A DNA stretch of 48,394 nt from Octopus bimaculoides (lineage: Eukaryota): the NCBI RefSeq assembly GCF_001194135.2, contig NC_069002.1, positions 766,466-814,859 of the forward strand, written 5' to 3'. The notes below the pieces were generated by a model. That model saw only the letters and a program-made list of their open reading frames with translations. It ran no database searches and was not told the origin of the DNA. Positions 11,245 to 23,940 of this stretch are shown in pieces. A program made the position numbers and the translations under genes. Every line of letters starts with the position of its first letter. Within the stretch, counting starts at the first letter, position 1.

Positions 11245-11491
11245 GGCGTGTGGAGAGAAGCTTGCTTCCTAACCACATGGTTCCAGGTTCAGTCCCACTG
11301 TGTGGCACCTTGGGCAAGTGTCTTCAACTGTAGTCTCAGGCCGGCCAATGCCTTGTGAGTGGATTTGGTAGACGGAAACTGAAAGAAGCCCGTCGTATCT
11401 ATATATACATATATGTAATGTGTATGCGTTTGTGTGTCTGTGTTTGTCTCCAGCATCGCTTGACAACTGATGTTGGTGTGTTTACATCCCC
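11245..11491 (+). mobile_element. SINE family A, head through start of 3' body
   Basis: Has GGTTCCAGGTTCAGTCCCACTGTGTGGCACCTTGGGCAAGTGTCTT, an internal TA/TG spacer, then GCATCGCTTGACAACTGATGTTGGTGTGTTTACATCCCCG. Confidence 0.85.
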
Positions 11492-13276
11492 GATGGTGAT
11501 GATGTCGACGAAGATGCTGATGATTAAGAATGGTAATACTGGTGTACGTAGAGTCGGCGCTTATGCTGCTGTTGTTGCTGCTGCTGCTGATGATGATGAT
11601 AACCGGAACGACGAGAAACATTGGTAGATTTTACGCGCGCGCGAGTGTGGTGTGTGTGTGTGTCTTTTGTGTGTAATTGAGAGTGTGAGTGTGTTTGCGC
11701 GCGTGCGTGTGCGTTTTGTATTCGGAGTCAAGTATCCGTTACACGTGACCCGCTGATTCGCAAAACAAAAATGAAACCGAAATTGTCAATAAAAAATGTT
11801 GACAAAAACAACAAAAACAACTAAAAGACAGTGAAGAAAGAATGAAAGAAAGGAAGGGAGGAAGAAAGGAAGGAAGGATGAAAGACTGAAGGACAGACGG
11901 ACGTAAATGGATGAATAAATAACTGGAGAAGACATCCAGAAATAAAGGCAACCGGCTTTCCTATTGAAGAAGAAAAAAAAAAAGAAAAATATATAAGAAA
12001 ACAAAAAATATAAGAAAAAAATGAAAGTCGGAAAATTATAACCTCATTTGAATTAGAAACCGCCTCCTCTTGGTTGGCGTACGACACTGATCGTGTTAAG
12101 GACGACATGTGTAGTGGCTTTTTTTTTTTTCTGAAGTTGAAGGAAAGAGTGTGGTTTGAGTAGTGGGAAGAGGGGGAGAGAGACGGAGAGAGAGTGAGAG
12201 AGAGAGACGGAGAGAGAGGGTGAGAGAGAGACGGGGAGAGAGGGTGAGAGAGAGACGGGGAGAGAGAGAGACGGAGNNNNNNNNNNNNNNNNNNNNNNNN
12301 NNNNNNNNNNNNNNNNNNNNNNNNNNNNNNNNNNNNNNNNNNNNNNNNNNNNNNNNNNNNNNNNNNNNNNNNNNNNNNNNNNNNNNNNNNNNNNNNNNNN
12401 NNNNNNNNNNNNNNNNNNNNNNNNNNNNNNNNNNNNNNNNNNNNNNNNNNNNNNNNNNNNNNNNNNNNNNNNNNNNNNNNNNNNNNNNNNNNNNNNNNNN
12501 NNNNNNNNNNNNNNNTATATATATATATATATTGATATGTACAGATAGAGCGATAGGAAAGAGAGAAAGGTGAGAGGAGAGAAAATAAGAAAACCGGCAC
12601 GTGACCACTGCTACGCGGCCCGCGTGGATTCGTAGAAAGTGGAAGTCGAAGCGTCGCTGGTCATTACAGAGTCCACGGAAGCACTCTTTATTTAAGTTAT
12701 ATATTCCGGTTGCGGTACACGCGCGCTAACACACACACGTACACGAAACGGACATGCGCATCTACTCTCAGACACGGCACGTGTATGCAATAGAAATATT
12801 AAAAAACAAATGTGCCGAACGGGAAGTTCATCTAATAAGAAATAATAATAATAATAGAACAAAAAAATGAAAGAGAAAAAAACACAGCCCCCCCCTCTCC
12901 TTGCTTAATAAATACAGGTTTTGTGAATAGACTTTGTGAACCGTGTGAGAAAGTGACAGGACTTGTATTAATGATAATTGAATGTGTGTATTATTTAGAT
13001 ATAAATGCGGTGTATATATATATATCGCTCTTCGCGTGCTTGCGTGAGTGTATGTGTGTTTGTGTGTGTGTGTGTATGTGTGAGTGTGTGTGTGTGCATG
13101 TGACTAGATAGATACATAGAGAGAATGATACGCATGTATTTATGTAAAACAATACATGTCTAATTGTTTTGTATCTGTGTATATATGTATGTGCGCTGTG
13201 TGGTATTGATTGTATTCCTTTGTGCAGCATATGCATGCGTTGTGCATGTGTATGTACATAAATATATATAAATATA

Positions 13277-13310
<34 letters not shown>

Positions 13311-13444
13311 ACATGCGGGTTTCTATGGATTCAAGATGGGTAAAGAAGGTGTAAAATGTTTGCCCCTCATGTCATTTGAAAGATGTTTGGGGTATTTGCC
13401 TTTCTGTCTGTTTGTCCAGCTCGCTTTGCAACGATATGGTTTCC

Positions 13445-13705
13445 GAGATGGCAGTAACGTTAGCACGCCGTGCAAAATGTTTGGCGGCAAAATGTCTGCT
13501 GTTACGTTCTGAGTTCAAATTCCGCCGAGGTCAACTTTGCTTTTTATCCTTTTGGGGTCGATAAATTAAGTACCAGTTACGCACTGGGGTCGATGTAATC
13601 GACTTAACCCCCTTGTTTTGTGCCCTCTATCTTTAGCCCCCTGTGGGCAATAAAGAAATGAGAATCGTTAGTACAGGCGGAATGCTTAGCGATATTTCGT
13701 CACCA
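13445..13705 (+). mobile_element. SINE family C, near full length, followed by a second partial head
   Basis: GTTAGCACGCCG...GTTCTGAGTTCAAATTCCGCCGAGGTCAAC...GGGGTCGATAAATTAAGTACCAG...AATAAAGAAAT, then GAATCGTTAGTAC again. Confidence 0.85.
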
Positions 13706-13769
13706 GCATGGATTTCAAGAACAACAATAACAACATCAAATCTCCGCCTCCACCGAACCAAGAAGACAC

Positions 13770-13852
13770 CGTAGAGTAGTATTTCGTCATGCTAGAAATA
13801 GCAGCCAAATTCCCATCAAGGGACACCTTACCGTCTTAAATGAAGGATACTC
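13770..13852 (+). repeat. Interspersed repeat family E fragment (LINE/SINE 3' UTR-like)
   Basis: The motif TAGAAATAGCAGCCAAAT recurs at about 8992 (+), 18826 (-) and 21100 (-). Confidence 0.55.
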
Positions 13853-13958
13853 CCTTCTCACCAGATTAGATCTATGCAATAAATAACAAGGCAATAACTA
13901 ACTGAGACTACAACACTCCTCCGCCTATTTTACTTTACTGGACCTACATAACCCTCCA

Positions 13959-14013
<55 letters not shown>

Positions 14014-14029
14014 CACACACATATATATA

Positions 14030-14230
14030 TAGTGAGAATTTACAAAAAAAAAACAAGACAAAGACAACAGTAAACAACATATAATATGAAAATAGATGAG
14101 CTAAATACGCAAACAACGAGAGAAGAATGGAAAACAGGACAAGTAACACAAAGAACGACCCTTCATCAGTTGTTGGCTGTCTATCAACTCCTCGTTTCGT
14201 GCATTCAACGAATTGGATGCGTGTCGTTCA
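14030..14230 (-). mobile_element. Penelope-like terminal fragment with broken hammerhead remnants
   Basis: The minus strand has a hairpin GCATCCAA/TTGAATGC followed by AC-GAAAC, and separately CAA-CTGATGA-AGGG. It ends in a T-rich tail that runs into (TA)n. Confidence 0.35.
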
Positions 14231-14354
14231 ATTAAATAATAATATAAATTAATAAACATTTAATAATTTTGCTGTATTTTTATAATTAAATATTATTCAG
14301 AATTCCGTAATTTAAAAAAAATATTTTGTGTATTGCCGAAGTATAACCAAAAAC

Positions 14355-14422
14355 ATAAATTTTAACAACTAAATCTTATGTGGACCCCAACGGTTCATAC
14401 GGACCCCGACTGAAAACCAATG
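14355..14422 (-). mobile_element. hAT (Charlie-like) non-autonomous element end
   Basis: The minus strand begins CATTGGTTTTCAGTCGGGGTCC, similar to the CAGTGGTTYTCAA terminus. It shares CACATAAGATTT with 41639-41650. Confidence 0.45.
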
Positions 14423-15844
14423 ATGTTGTTGTTGTTGTTGCTCGTTGTAATTCAACAACACAGCTATTTCTTCTCTCAAGATATTTGTTTCGGTGGGGTT
14501 TGTCCCAGTTAAGGGCTGGTTATTTTATTATTTCCTCTCCCACCTCGCCACATATGATGACTGCCATACATCACAGTGATTATGTGACCCTCATTTCGCC
14601 CACCCGCTAACCTCCAGCCATCCAACCAGTCCGCTATGACATCGGCCAACCAGCCATGCAAGGCAGCCATTCGAAGTGGCATCCAGTTCGTCCACACTTT
14701 CCTACACAAAGACAAGTACATACACTGCGCAGAATCACATTCACTGCATATAACATACACACACACGAGCGCTGGCATAGACACACACACGCACGTAGAC
14801 ATGCACGCGTTCGCATATATAGAATTGCAGCACGCAGTTGTCATAACATCATGCCTGTCTTGTACGCCATCTGGTCAGTTACATGACCGATCCGCCAGCG
14901 AGCCAACCAGCATTTCAAACTAACCGACCTACCAGCCAACTTACCAGTCAGTCGGCGATCCAAACTTCCAGCCAGAAACGCAACTGGACCGACATTTTTT
15001 AAGGCAACGCGAGTATTTGATGGCTCAAAGCGCCTTCAAATATCACCATGTTGTCTTTAAGATGAGGAATATACTGGATGAATTAGGATACAAAGTAAGC
15101 AGAGTCTATGAGAACTAGTAGTATTGGTTTCTGGAAGCCCAAATCCTTTAATTACGACTGCAAATGGGGATAATTAAGTATGTTGCTGGGGAGACACGAG
15201 ATCCGATGAAGGGTTACTGTATTCGAAAGAGAACTCGCATTTGCCAACGGAAACACGAGATTATCAAAGTTTGTCAACTTTTCACGGTTATTTATTAAAT
15301 TCCTCGTTGTCCGTCTCTATGTCTTGGCTTGAATTCTCTGTCTTCGCTATTTCTTTCACTTACCCTTCTTCTTCTTCTCCTTCTTTCTTTCTTTTCCCTT
15401 CCTTCCTTCTTTCATCTTTCTTTTTGCCTTTCCTTTTCCTGTCATTCTCTTTCCTTTCTTTTTTCTCGTTCATCCACTCTAACTTTCTTTCTTTCTTTCT
15501 TTCTCTCATTTTGTTCCATTTTTTGTTTGTTTTATTATTCCTTCTGTTATATCTTCCTTTTTTCTTTCATTCACGCTTTCTTTTTTCTTTCATTCACGCT
15601 TTCTTTTTCAGCTTTTCTTCCTTTTTTTCCGATTCTATTTTTCTTTTTCTTTTTTCTTTTTTCCCCCGTTTCTTCACCAGCCATTCATTACTCCACACGT
15701 GACTGGCATTCTACAACAGTCGTTCTCTAAAACGAGAAATGGCAATTTTATTGCCAAAGACCTTTACGCATGCCTTGTGTATGTCCTCCTTTTGTATACA
15801 GGACAGAAAAGAAAAAAAGAAAAGATTGATAGAATAGAATAGAA

Positions 15845-15855
15845 TATATAGATAG

Positions 15856-15907
<52 letters not shown>

Positions 15908-15953
15908 ATAGATAGATAGACAGACAGAGAAGAGATATCGGGAGTGTGAAACA

Positions 15954-16012
<59 letters not shown>
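15845..16012. repeat. (GATA)n and (GA)n microsatellite cluster
   Basis: Read directly from the sequence. Confidence 0.95.
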
Positions 16013-16016
<4 letters not shown>

Positions 16017-16558
16017 TGAGACAGAGTGAAAGGAAGGACGAGAAGGTAAAGTGAGAGTGAGAGAGAACGATGGCTGGGTGGGATAAGACTGGAGAAGGAA
16101 TGTGTATGGGTGTGAGGGTTGTCGTCGACGCTGTGGCGTTGATGACGGTGGTAGTAGTAGAGGTGAGGGAGGGGGAATAGGATGAGGGTCAAGTAGGTGT
16201 GATGGTCCATGTGTTCCCCTTTTATTGTACTGTCTTCTGATCTCTTATGATCGACAATACTCCTCCTCCTCCTCCCAACTCCCTCTCTCTGTCTCTTTAC
16301 ATATTGCTTTGAATAATTAAGAGAGGTGGGAGTAAATGGAAGCGGAGGAGGAGGATTTAAGTTCGAGAATAGAACGTAATATTGGATGTGGAAGTTTATT
16401 GATAACCACGTGACCTCTATAATGGAGTCCAACTTTGATTATTAGAAAAAAAAGAAGGGAACATATTCCCCTCCCCCCCTATGACACTGTACCCCGCCGC
16501 CCTGCTGATTCCAACCTGCCATAAAACATATATATCTAGATAGATAGATAGATAGATA

Positions 16559-16774
16559 CGAGCGGGTATTGAAAAGTGCTTGGTTTTAAGGGTGTCGCGA
16601 AAGACCTGGTTGGGAGCCAACCTACCGGGTTCTTTTACAGGGCTTAGAAAAACTGAAGGACCACTACAATGAGTGTGTGAATCTGAGAAGGGAGAATGTG
16701 TTGAATAAAATCATAGTTAACTGATCCTCTATTTTCTTGTACCCAAAGCCAAGAACTTTTCAGCACCCCCTTCG
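16559..16774 (+). mobile_element. 216-bp mariner-derived MITE with ITRs and TA target duplication
   Basis: The left end is TA-CGAGCGGGTATTGAAAAGTGCTTGG and the right end, reverse-complemented, is TA-CGAAGGGGGTGCTGAAAAGTTCTTGG. The interior encodes QGLEKLKDHYNECVNLRRE, resembling a mariner transposase C-terminus. Confidence 0.88.
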
Positions 16775-16799
16775 TATGTGTGTGTGTGTCTGTGTGACT

Positions 16800-17028
16800 G
16801 TCTGTCTGTGTGTCTCTGTGACTGTTTTTGACTTCCACCACCGCTTGACGGCTGGTATTACTGTGTTTACATCACCGTAACCTAAGTGGTTCGAGAAAAG
16901 GGCCCGAGAATATAAGTACTACGCTTGAAAAAATAAGACCCGGGGTCGGTTCATTCGACTAAAAATTCTAGAAGGCGATGCCCCAGCATGGTCGCAATGT
17001 AATGACTGGAACAAATAAAACGTAAAAG
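16800..17028 (+). mobile_element. SINE family A 3' body
   Basis: CACCGCTTGAC...GTGTTTACATCACCGTAAC...CCCAGCATGGTCGCAATGTAATGACTGGAACAAATAAAA. Confidence 0.8.
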
Positions 17029-17287
17029 ACACACACACACACCTATATGTATGATGATGATGATGATGATGAAGATGATGAGGATATATATGTGTGTGTG
17101 CGTGTATGATGTATGTAGAGAGAGGGAGATAGATAGAGAGGGAGAGAGAGAGGGAGAGGGAGAGAGAAAGAGAGATGTTTTCAAACGCACGTTCTTCCTG
17201 AAGGACAGACTTCGTCTGACACGGTCTGAAGAGCAGAATAAACAGTCGGGTAGAGAGAGAGAGCAGCTCACTTCCAGGACGTAGGAG

Positions 17288-17370
17288 GAAGAAGAAGAAG
17301 AAGAAGAAGAAGAAGAAGAAGAAGAAGAAGAAGAAGAAGAAGAAGAAGAAGAAGAAGAAGAAGAAGAAGA
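17288..17370. repeat. (GAA)n microsatellite
   Basis: Pure GAA run. Confidence 0.95.
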
Positions 17371-17786
17371 TCTTCGCCCGAAGAACGCGACCAAGGGTAG
17401 CACTTGACGTGTGCATGGAACCGTGAAAGAGTGTGGGAGAACTGAAGAGAAGGCAGAAGATAAGCAGGAAGAAAAGAACAAAGAGATAAGAGAGAAAGAG
17501 AGAGATAAAGGGAGGGGTGGCATAAGGTAGCGTAGGCATTCGAGGGATGAAGAGAAGAAGAGGGAATGGCGAAAAGAAATAAGGAAGAGTTTTGGACAAA
17601 TAGAGGAAGAGGAGGGGGTGGGGGTGATTACAGAAGGAAAAACAAAATGACAGACAAAAAACGACTCTGAAGAGTTAATGTCTTTTGCAGACATCCTCTT
17701 TATCTCTGACAGGACTGGCCGAGGGCTTCGCAGAGGCTTCGTTTCATTTACAAGTCAAGAGATTTCAGTCGATACAACGGATATAT

Positions 17787-17823
<37 letters not shown>

Positions 17824-17834
17824 CATCTATCTTT

Positions 17835-17928
17835 TACCTTTTACATGTTTCCTCTTTACTTATTTCAGTCATTTCTCTGCGGCCATGCAGGAGCACCGTC
17901 AGGAAAGGTTTTTGTTCAACAAATCGAT
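17835..17928 (-). mobile_element. SINE family A 3' end fragment
   Basis: TTTACTTATTTCAGTCATTTCTCTGCGGCCATGCAGGAGCACCG...CAAATCGA. Confidence 0.75.
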
Positions 17929-17929
17929 T

Positions 17930-18090
17930 CGCAGGCGTGGTTATGCATTAAGGAACTTGCCTCCAAACCACGTAGTCTGGGTTCAGGCCCACTGCGTAGC
18001 ACCTTGGTAAGTGTCTTCTACTATAGCCCCGGGCCGACCAAAGCCTTGTGAGTGGATTTGGCGGACGGAAAATGAAAGAAGCCCGTCGTA
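17930..18090 (+). mobile_element. SINE family A 5' half
   Basis: GCAGGCGTGG...GGGTTCAGGCCCACTGCGTAGCACCTTGG...GAAAGAAGCCCGTCGTAT. Confidence 0.85.
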
Positions 18091-18139
18091 TATATGTATG
18101 TTGTTGTTTGTTTGTTCCTTCTGTAGAACGTAATATATT

Positions 18140-18315
18140 TTTGGGAAGTAGCAGCTGATTAATCGACCCTAGTAGTTTACTGGTATTTATGTTTTATTTT
18201 ATCAGCCACGGAAGTATGAAAAGCAAGGCCTCGGCGAGATTTGAACTCAGGACAGAAAGCGTCGTAGCTAAACGCCTTCAGTATTTGGTTCGGCGCTCCA
18301 ACGATTTCACCGAAT
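18140..18315 (-). mobile_element. SINE family C, degenerate
   Basis: TAATCGACCCTAG...CTGGTATTT...CCTCGGCGAGATTTGAACTCAG...AACGATTTC. Confidence 0.7.
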
Positions 18316-18879
18316 TATATCAATGATGAAAATGACTTTCAAAATGAAAATGGATAACTCGAAGATCTGAAAACGAATTAACTAATTCGTTTGGCACGGA
18401 TTAAGATATATGAGCCGAGTGGGTTTGTTGATGAAGATATATGATGAAGATGGTGGAGCAGTGTGACGGTGTAAGGCTGTCACAGGCTCAAATATATGAC
18501 TCGGTAGTGTCACAGAAGAAGATCTATGACTTGTCTTTGAGAAAAAATGTAAAAAGAAATATTAAACAAAAATAACATTGAAAGTTTGGATTAAAAAACA
18601 AAAGGCGTAAAAGTCTGTCGCTCTACCTGCCAAAAGCATTTGTTGTCGTTCCACAATATAATGAAGCTGTTGTTGTTTCGAGACACTGCCCGGTCACTTC
18701 TCAATATCCATATCTATGATCAAAAACATTACATTCTTATTTCATCTTTTATTCAAACATAGGGCATCTTGGAATACATTGTCCAATATGTCATTAATTG
18801 TTTAAGAGTGTGATTTAAGGGATTTTTTTGGCTGCTATTACTAGCATGTCCACTGACTACTTGGAAGCTTACCTACTTA

Positions 18880-19172
18880 ATTCATCAGCCCCGAAAGGAT
18901 GAAAAGGCAGAGTCGACCTCGGTGGAATTTGAACTCAGAACGTGCAGTAGACGGACAAAATGCCACTAAGCAAAGTTTTTGGCAAAAGACCAGCAATTTT
19001 CGAGAACTTCGTCCCTCCCCAGTGCATAACTGGTACTTGTTTTATTGACACTGGAAGGATGAAAAGGCAAAGTCGACCTCGGTGGAATTTGTGACAACCG
19101 AACGTAATGAGCCACAAGAAGTGCTGTCAAGCATTTTGTTCGACGCGCTAATGTTTCTGACTGACCGTCGGC
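18880..19172 (-). mobile_element. Two tandem partial SINE family C copies
   Basis: GGATGAAAAGGCA(G/A)AGTCGACCTCGGTGGAATTT occurs at about 18897 and 19056. Confidence 0.8.
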
Positions 19173-19173
19173 T

Positions 19174-19266
<93 letters not shown>
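19173..19266. repeat. Compound (TAG)n(TAA)n microsatellite
   Basis: Read directly from the sequence. Confidence 0.95.
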
Positions 19267-20007
19267 GGATAAAATCATAATTATCATTTTCGTGTCACTC
19301 TAATAAATTTATCGACTTTCTCGCCCTTTAAAATACAATAACAAAATAATAAACATAAATGACAGGAAAACACACAGAAAAAAAGAAAAAGTAATAGAAA
19401 TAAAGCGACGGATAATGTGAGGCTTTCAGTAGATAATTTTATTGTGAAGTCAGTTTGATAGAGGCTGTTTGATAGAAAGTCTCCTGGGGGAATGTTATAA
19501 ACGAGCTTTTGTGGACACTATGCTAGGCTTCTTCCTTAGACCAAAAAATAAATAAATAAATGAATAAATAAATGAATAAAATAAAAAATAAATAAAATTT
19601 CAAAAATACAAATATGATAAAAATGAATATAAAATAAATAAAAGAAATGTAAAAAAATAATAATGAATAATAAAACGAACGAAAATACCGGAAAAAAAAG
19701 ACAAGATAATAAGAAAGAAATAAAATACAAAAATATGAAGAGAATTCGAGAATGACAATAACAACAACAACAACAGCGAATGACAATAACTGCAGCAACA
19801 ACAATGATAGTAATGACAATAAGACCAGCAACAAGCTACTACAATAACAACAACAATATCGTCAACAAACCAAAAATTAGAACAAAATGAAATAATAAAT
19901 AATTAACAGCAAAATGGAATAAATAAAAACAAACACACACACACACACAAATACCATCATCGACAAGAACAAGAAGAGGAGGGAAACAGCAAGATATGAA
20001 ATCTAGG

Positions 20008-20047
<40 letters not shown>

Positions 20048-20859
20048 ATGCGTGTGTGTACGTGTGTGTGCGTGTGTTGGTACATCGCAGTTGGTGAACA
20101 ATAGTGCCGTACTTTCTAACGGACCAATCGCTGGTTTACTGCATCTCTGAGGATAGAAGAATAATGCTGGGACGATTACGAGTTGCTGCAAAAATCATTG
20201 TCCGCTCAAAGCATTTCGTTCGAACAGCAACGATTTCCGCCGATCTACACGATATACCTACCTACCTACCTACCTACCTACCTACCTACCTAGCTCCCTC
20301 CCTCCCAACCTACCAACATTCAGACATACAAACACACAGAGAGACTCTCACATATATATGACAACCTTCAAAGAACTAGAAATAACTAATTATTATCCTA
20401 GCCTAATACGATTATCCATTAAGTTAATCAAGCAATATCATTATATGTAATCATGAACCCATAAACATGTTCAACCTTACAAGAATGAAGGACAAAGCAG
20501 AATAACATAATCACTAATATGCATATCAAACATGCATTCCCATCCTCAGCTGCCTAACATATAGCACTATGGTTTTGACACCTGGGCAATAACGATCAAT
20601 CTGGCGGTATCAACAGAGTTAAAGACATAAACTCTATGTAGAAACAAATAGATAAGCAGCAGGAGCGAATCTTTAGATTTTTAACTAAATTTGAAATTGT
20701 TATAATGATAAGCAGGTGTTGGCGAAATGAGCATATTATGCTAATATCTCGTAATTCAGGTAAATCATTAGTCAACTGTTCAGGTGGGCATTATATTTTA
20801 TATTATGTCGTCAACCATTATCAGTAATTCAGAAAGCTACAGTCTTCTCACACACATTG

Positions 20860-20990
20860 TGTTACTCTGTGTAGTTGAGGATTAATTAAGTGTACATGTG
20901 TCTGCGGAATACTCAGCCACTTACTCGTTAACTCAATGAGCAGATGATTCAATTGATCTAACAACTGTAAAATCATTGTCGAAACTGACG
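20860..20990 (-). repeat. Interspersed repeat family D fragment
   Basis: Inverted match to 3277-3408. Confidence 0.6.
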
Positions 20991-22207
20991 GAGAACCATC
21001 CTTACTGCCCGCCATTCGTTTTATATTGTTGTATTTCATACCCAGTAATATGTCCTTCAGTCTTTTTTTAAAAAAATCCTTCGGTAGTGATTTGAAGGGT
21101 ATTTGACTGCTATTTCTATTTCTATCAGATCGGTTGACTGTCATCGACGACGCACTATCACCAAACAAAAAGAAACAACAAAGCAAATATAAAAAACAAA
21201 ACAACATATTTATTTGATGTTTGTATTATATGCATTGTTGTTGTTGTCGATGATGATGATAATGATGTTGGTATTGTTTTCGCTCTTGTTGTAATCGCTG
21301 TCTGGCGCTATGTTTTATATCGCTCTATTTCTCAGTGTCCCTTTATGTATTTTATTGGTAAATTAGTCGCAAATCGATCGATTTGGTTATTTGAACTACA
21401 AATATCAATACTGAATGAGACACAATGATTGATTTGGTTTGATTAATCATTATGTTTGATGAGAATGACAGTGATTATGATGATGTATTAATAAGTGGTA
21501 GAAAATAATTGGTGAAAGCCTTGAAACTTGTGGGAAGCGTGGGATGATGATTGTCGATCATATCGACACGTAAACGTGTCTGCTATTTTATTTTACGAAG
21601 CCCAAGGTGGAGCAAAGCAGAGAGATTTGTAGATTTGATCTCAGTGGGGACAGAACCGGAACGAATTCCACAAGCAATATTTATTCTGGTCATACACACA
21701 AAGGGAGCTCATAGCCTTTTTTCTATCTCCATTTGTTTACTAATAAAATTCGTGTGTGTGTGTGTGTGTGTGTGTGTTCCCGATTACAATCGGATCGTGT
21801 AGCATTCTTTATTTTTCGCAGAGTATCAGACCATAAATTCAATATGTGAATAAAGTTGTTTTGGAAATGCATTTCGGTTTTCTTTTATTAACCTAAAAGT
21901 AAATCCAGAAATAAAACACAAAATCAAAACACGACATTTTGATGGTAAGATGTGTCACGTGACAATATAAACGCACAAACACACACAGATATCTGTGTGT
22001 GTACGTGTGTGTCCGTGTGTGTGTGCATATATATATATGTATGTGTGTACACGTACGTATTCAAATATATACTTACACAATGTGCATATACATAATATAG
22101 ATACATAGCCATATATATGTACATATATAACGATATTTATTTACATACACATATAGGTATATATATATATACATATATATAAATATATATATATAGATGT
22201 AATTATA

Positions 22208-22263
<56 letters not shown>

Positions 22264-23289
22264 TACACATATGCATATATGTATACACACACATCTATTA
22301 CACGCACATATATATGTATATGTATATACTTTACATATTCTTATATCCGCAATTCATATTGATATACGTATATATATTTGAATATATATATACACACATA
22401 GGTATGTATATATACCTACTTGTATATATTGATATACATATTGTATTTACTAAGCTACCACACCCGGCTTTGTTTGTTTGGGAATACAATAAATTTATTC
22501 CACCCGCCATTTGTTCCTATCATTCATCTACAATAAACATCTCAGCACCATATCTCATGATATCAATAGCATATCAACCACACCTCACTATCACTACCAA
22601 TGGAATCTGGACGACGTCTTGCCTTGCATGTGTCTGTGTACGAGGGGGCTTTTTTTTGTTTTTGTGTTGTTAGCCTTATAAGTTTTCGGTGTTGTTGATA
22701 ATATGTTTTTTGTTGATTTTTGGTGTTGTGTTGTTCCATAATTGATCTTTCTTAGAGAATGGATAACATTATAGTGTTGAAAATTCAGTCGGGTTTTTGG
22801 TCAGATTGTGTCATTAAGAGATGTCAAGTATGATGACAGCACGAGCGCCCACAGGCGTGTACGCACCCACAAAGCATGTACACACTCACACATACACAAA
22901 TACATACCCCAATCACTACTGCCACCACCACCACCCGCATATTCCAGTCGTGCAATGTCAGTGACCAGATCCTACATAAATTTACGTCGGAACATGTTGA
23001 AAATTTAATATATATAAATTATTATATGGATTCTATTACGAAGTAAAACACAACTGAAATGAATACATACATCTACACGCACACACACACACACACATGT
23101 AAATGCACACTTATATATATATATGTGTGTGTGTATGTATATATGTATATGTGTCTATGTGTGCTTGTGTATGCGCGCGAGTGTGTCATGTGATTGATCG
23201 TCATGTTGAAGGCCCAATGCCATTGACTCAACTTCAGATCTCCATCTGAGATTAGGTCACTTGCAAAAATATTAACTGCGGGACATATA

Positions 23290-23485
23290 CAATGTTTACT
23301 TCTGTATAAGTTGCACGCGAGTATAAGTCGCACCCCTAATTTAATGCGAAATCTGGGATCAAAATTCTCTTCTGTATAGTTTTAGCTTTGCGTTACGGGG
23401 AAGCTGCATCGCAGTTCTTTTTTGGTTTTGTTTTTCACATAAGATGGAGTATAAAATAGTACGACTTATCCTTGAGCAAGTACGG
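23290..23485. mobile_element. Tc2-like (CCGTA-ended) MITE of about 196 bp with TA flanks
   Basis: The right end reverse-complemented is TA-CCGTACTTGCTCAAGGATAAGTCGTA. The left end is TA-CAATGTTTACTTCTGTATAAGTTGCAC, followed by an internal repeat GTATAAGTCGCAC. Confidence 0.6.
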
Positions 23486-23591
23486 TATAAGTGGAAGGGT
23501 GCAGCCATAGACCGACCTAAACGTCTTTTTTTTTTTTCTCAATTATTGGTTTATCAAGTATAAATAGACTTCCTCTTCTCTCCCTTCTAAA

Positions 23592-23940
23592 TACACACAC
23601 ACACACGCACATCATCATCATCATCGTCGTGGCATCATCGTCGTCGTCGTCGACGTCATCATCGTCATCGTTGTCGTCGTCATCGTCATCAGCATCATCA
23701 TCATCATTATCATCATCGTCGTCGTCGTCGTCGTCGTCATCATCATGACCACCATCATCGTCATCATGATCATCGTCATCACCATCGTCATCACCATCGT
23801 CGTCGTCATCATCATCATCGTCATCATCATCATCGTCATCATCATCATCATCGTCGTCGGCGTCATCATCGTCATCGTCATCGTCCTCGTCATGATGATG
23901 ATGATGATGATGATGATGATCATCATCATCATCATCAACT
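23592..23940. repeat. Mixed (CAT)/(CGT) trinucleotide array
   Basis: About 350 bp of interleaved CAT and CGT units with an internal switch to (GAT)n. Confidence 0.9.

Noticed and set aside
15200-15240. CCGATGAAGGG...TTCGAAAGAG hammerhead look-alike
   Set aside because: Stem II is weak and there is no A15.1-U16.1 pair or NUH triplet.
15241-17694. Phe/Leu/Ser-rich ORFs that look like membrane proteins
   Set aside because: They are translations of T/C-rich, GA and GAA simple repeats.
22643-22660. TACGAGGGGG mariner-ITR-like start
   Set aside because: No partner ITR or transposase sequence lies nearby.
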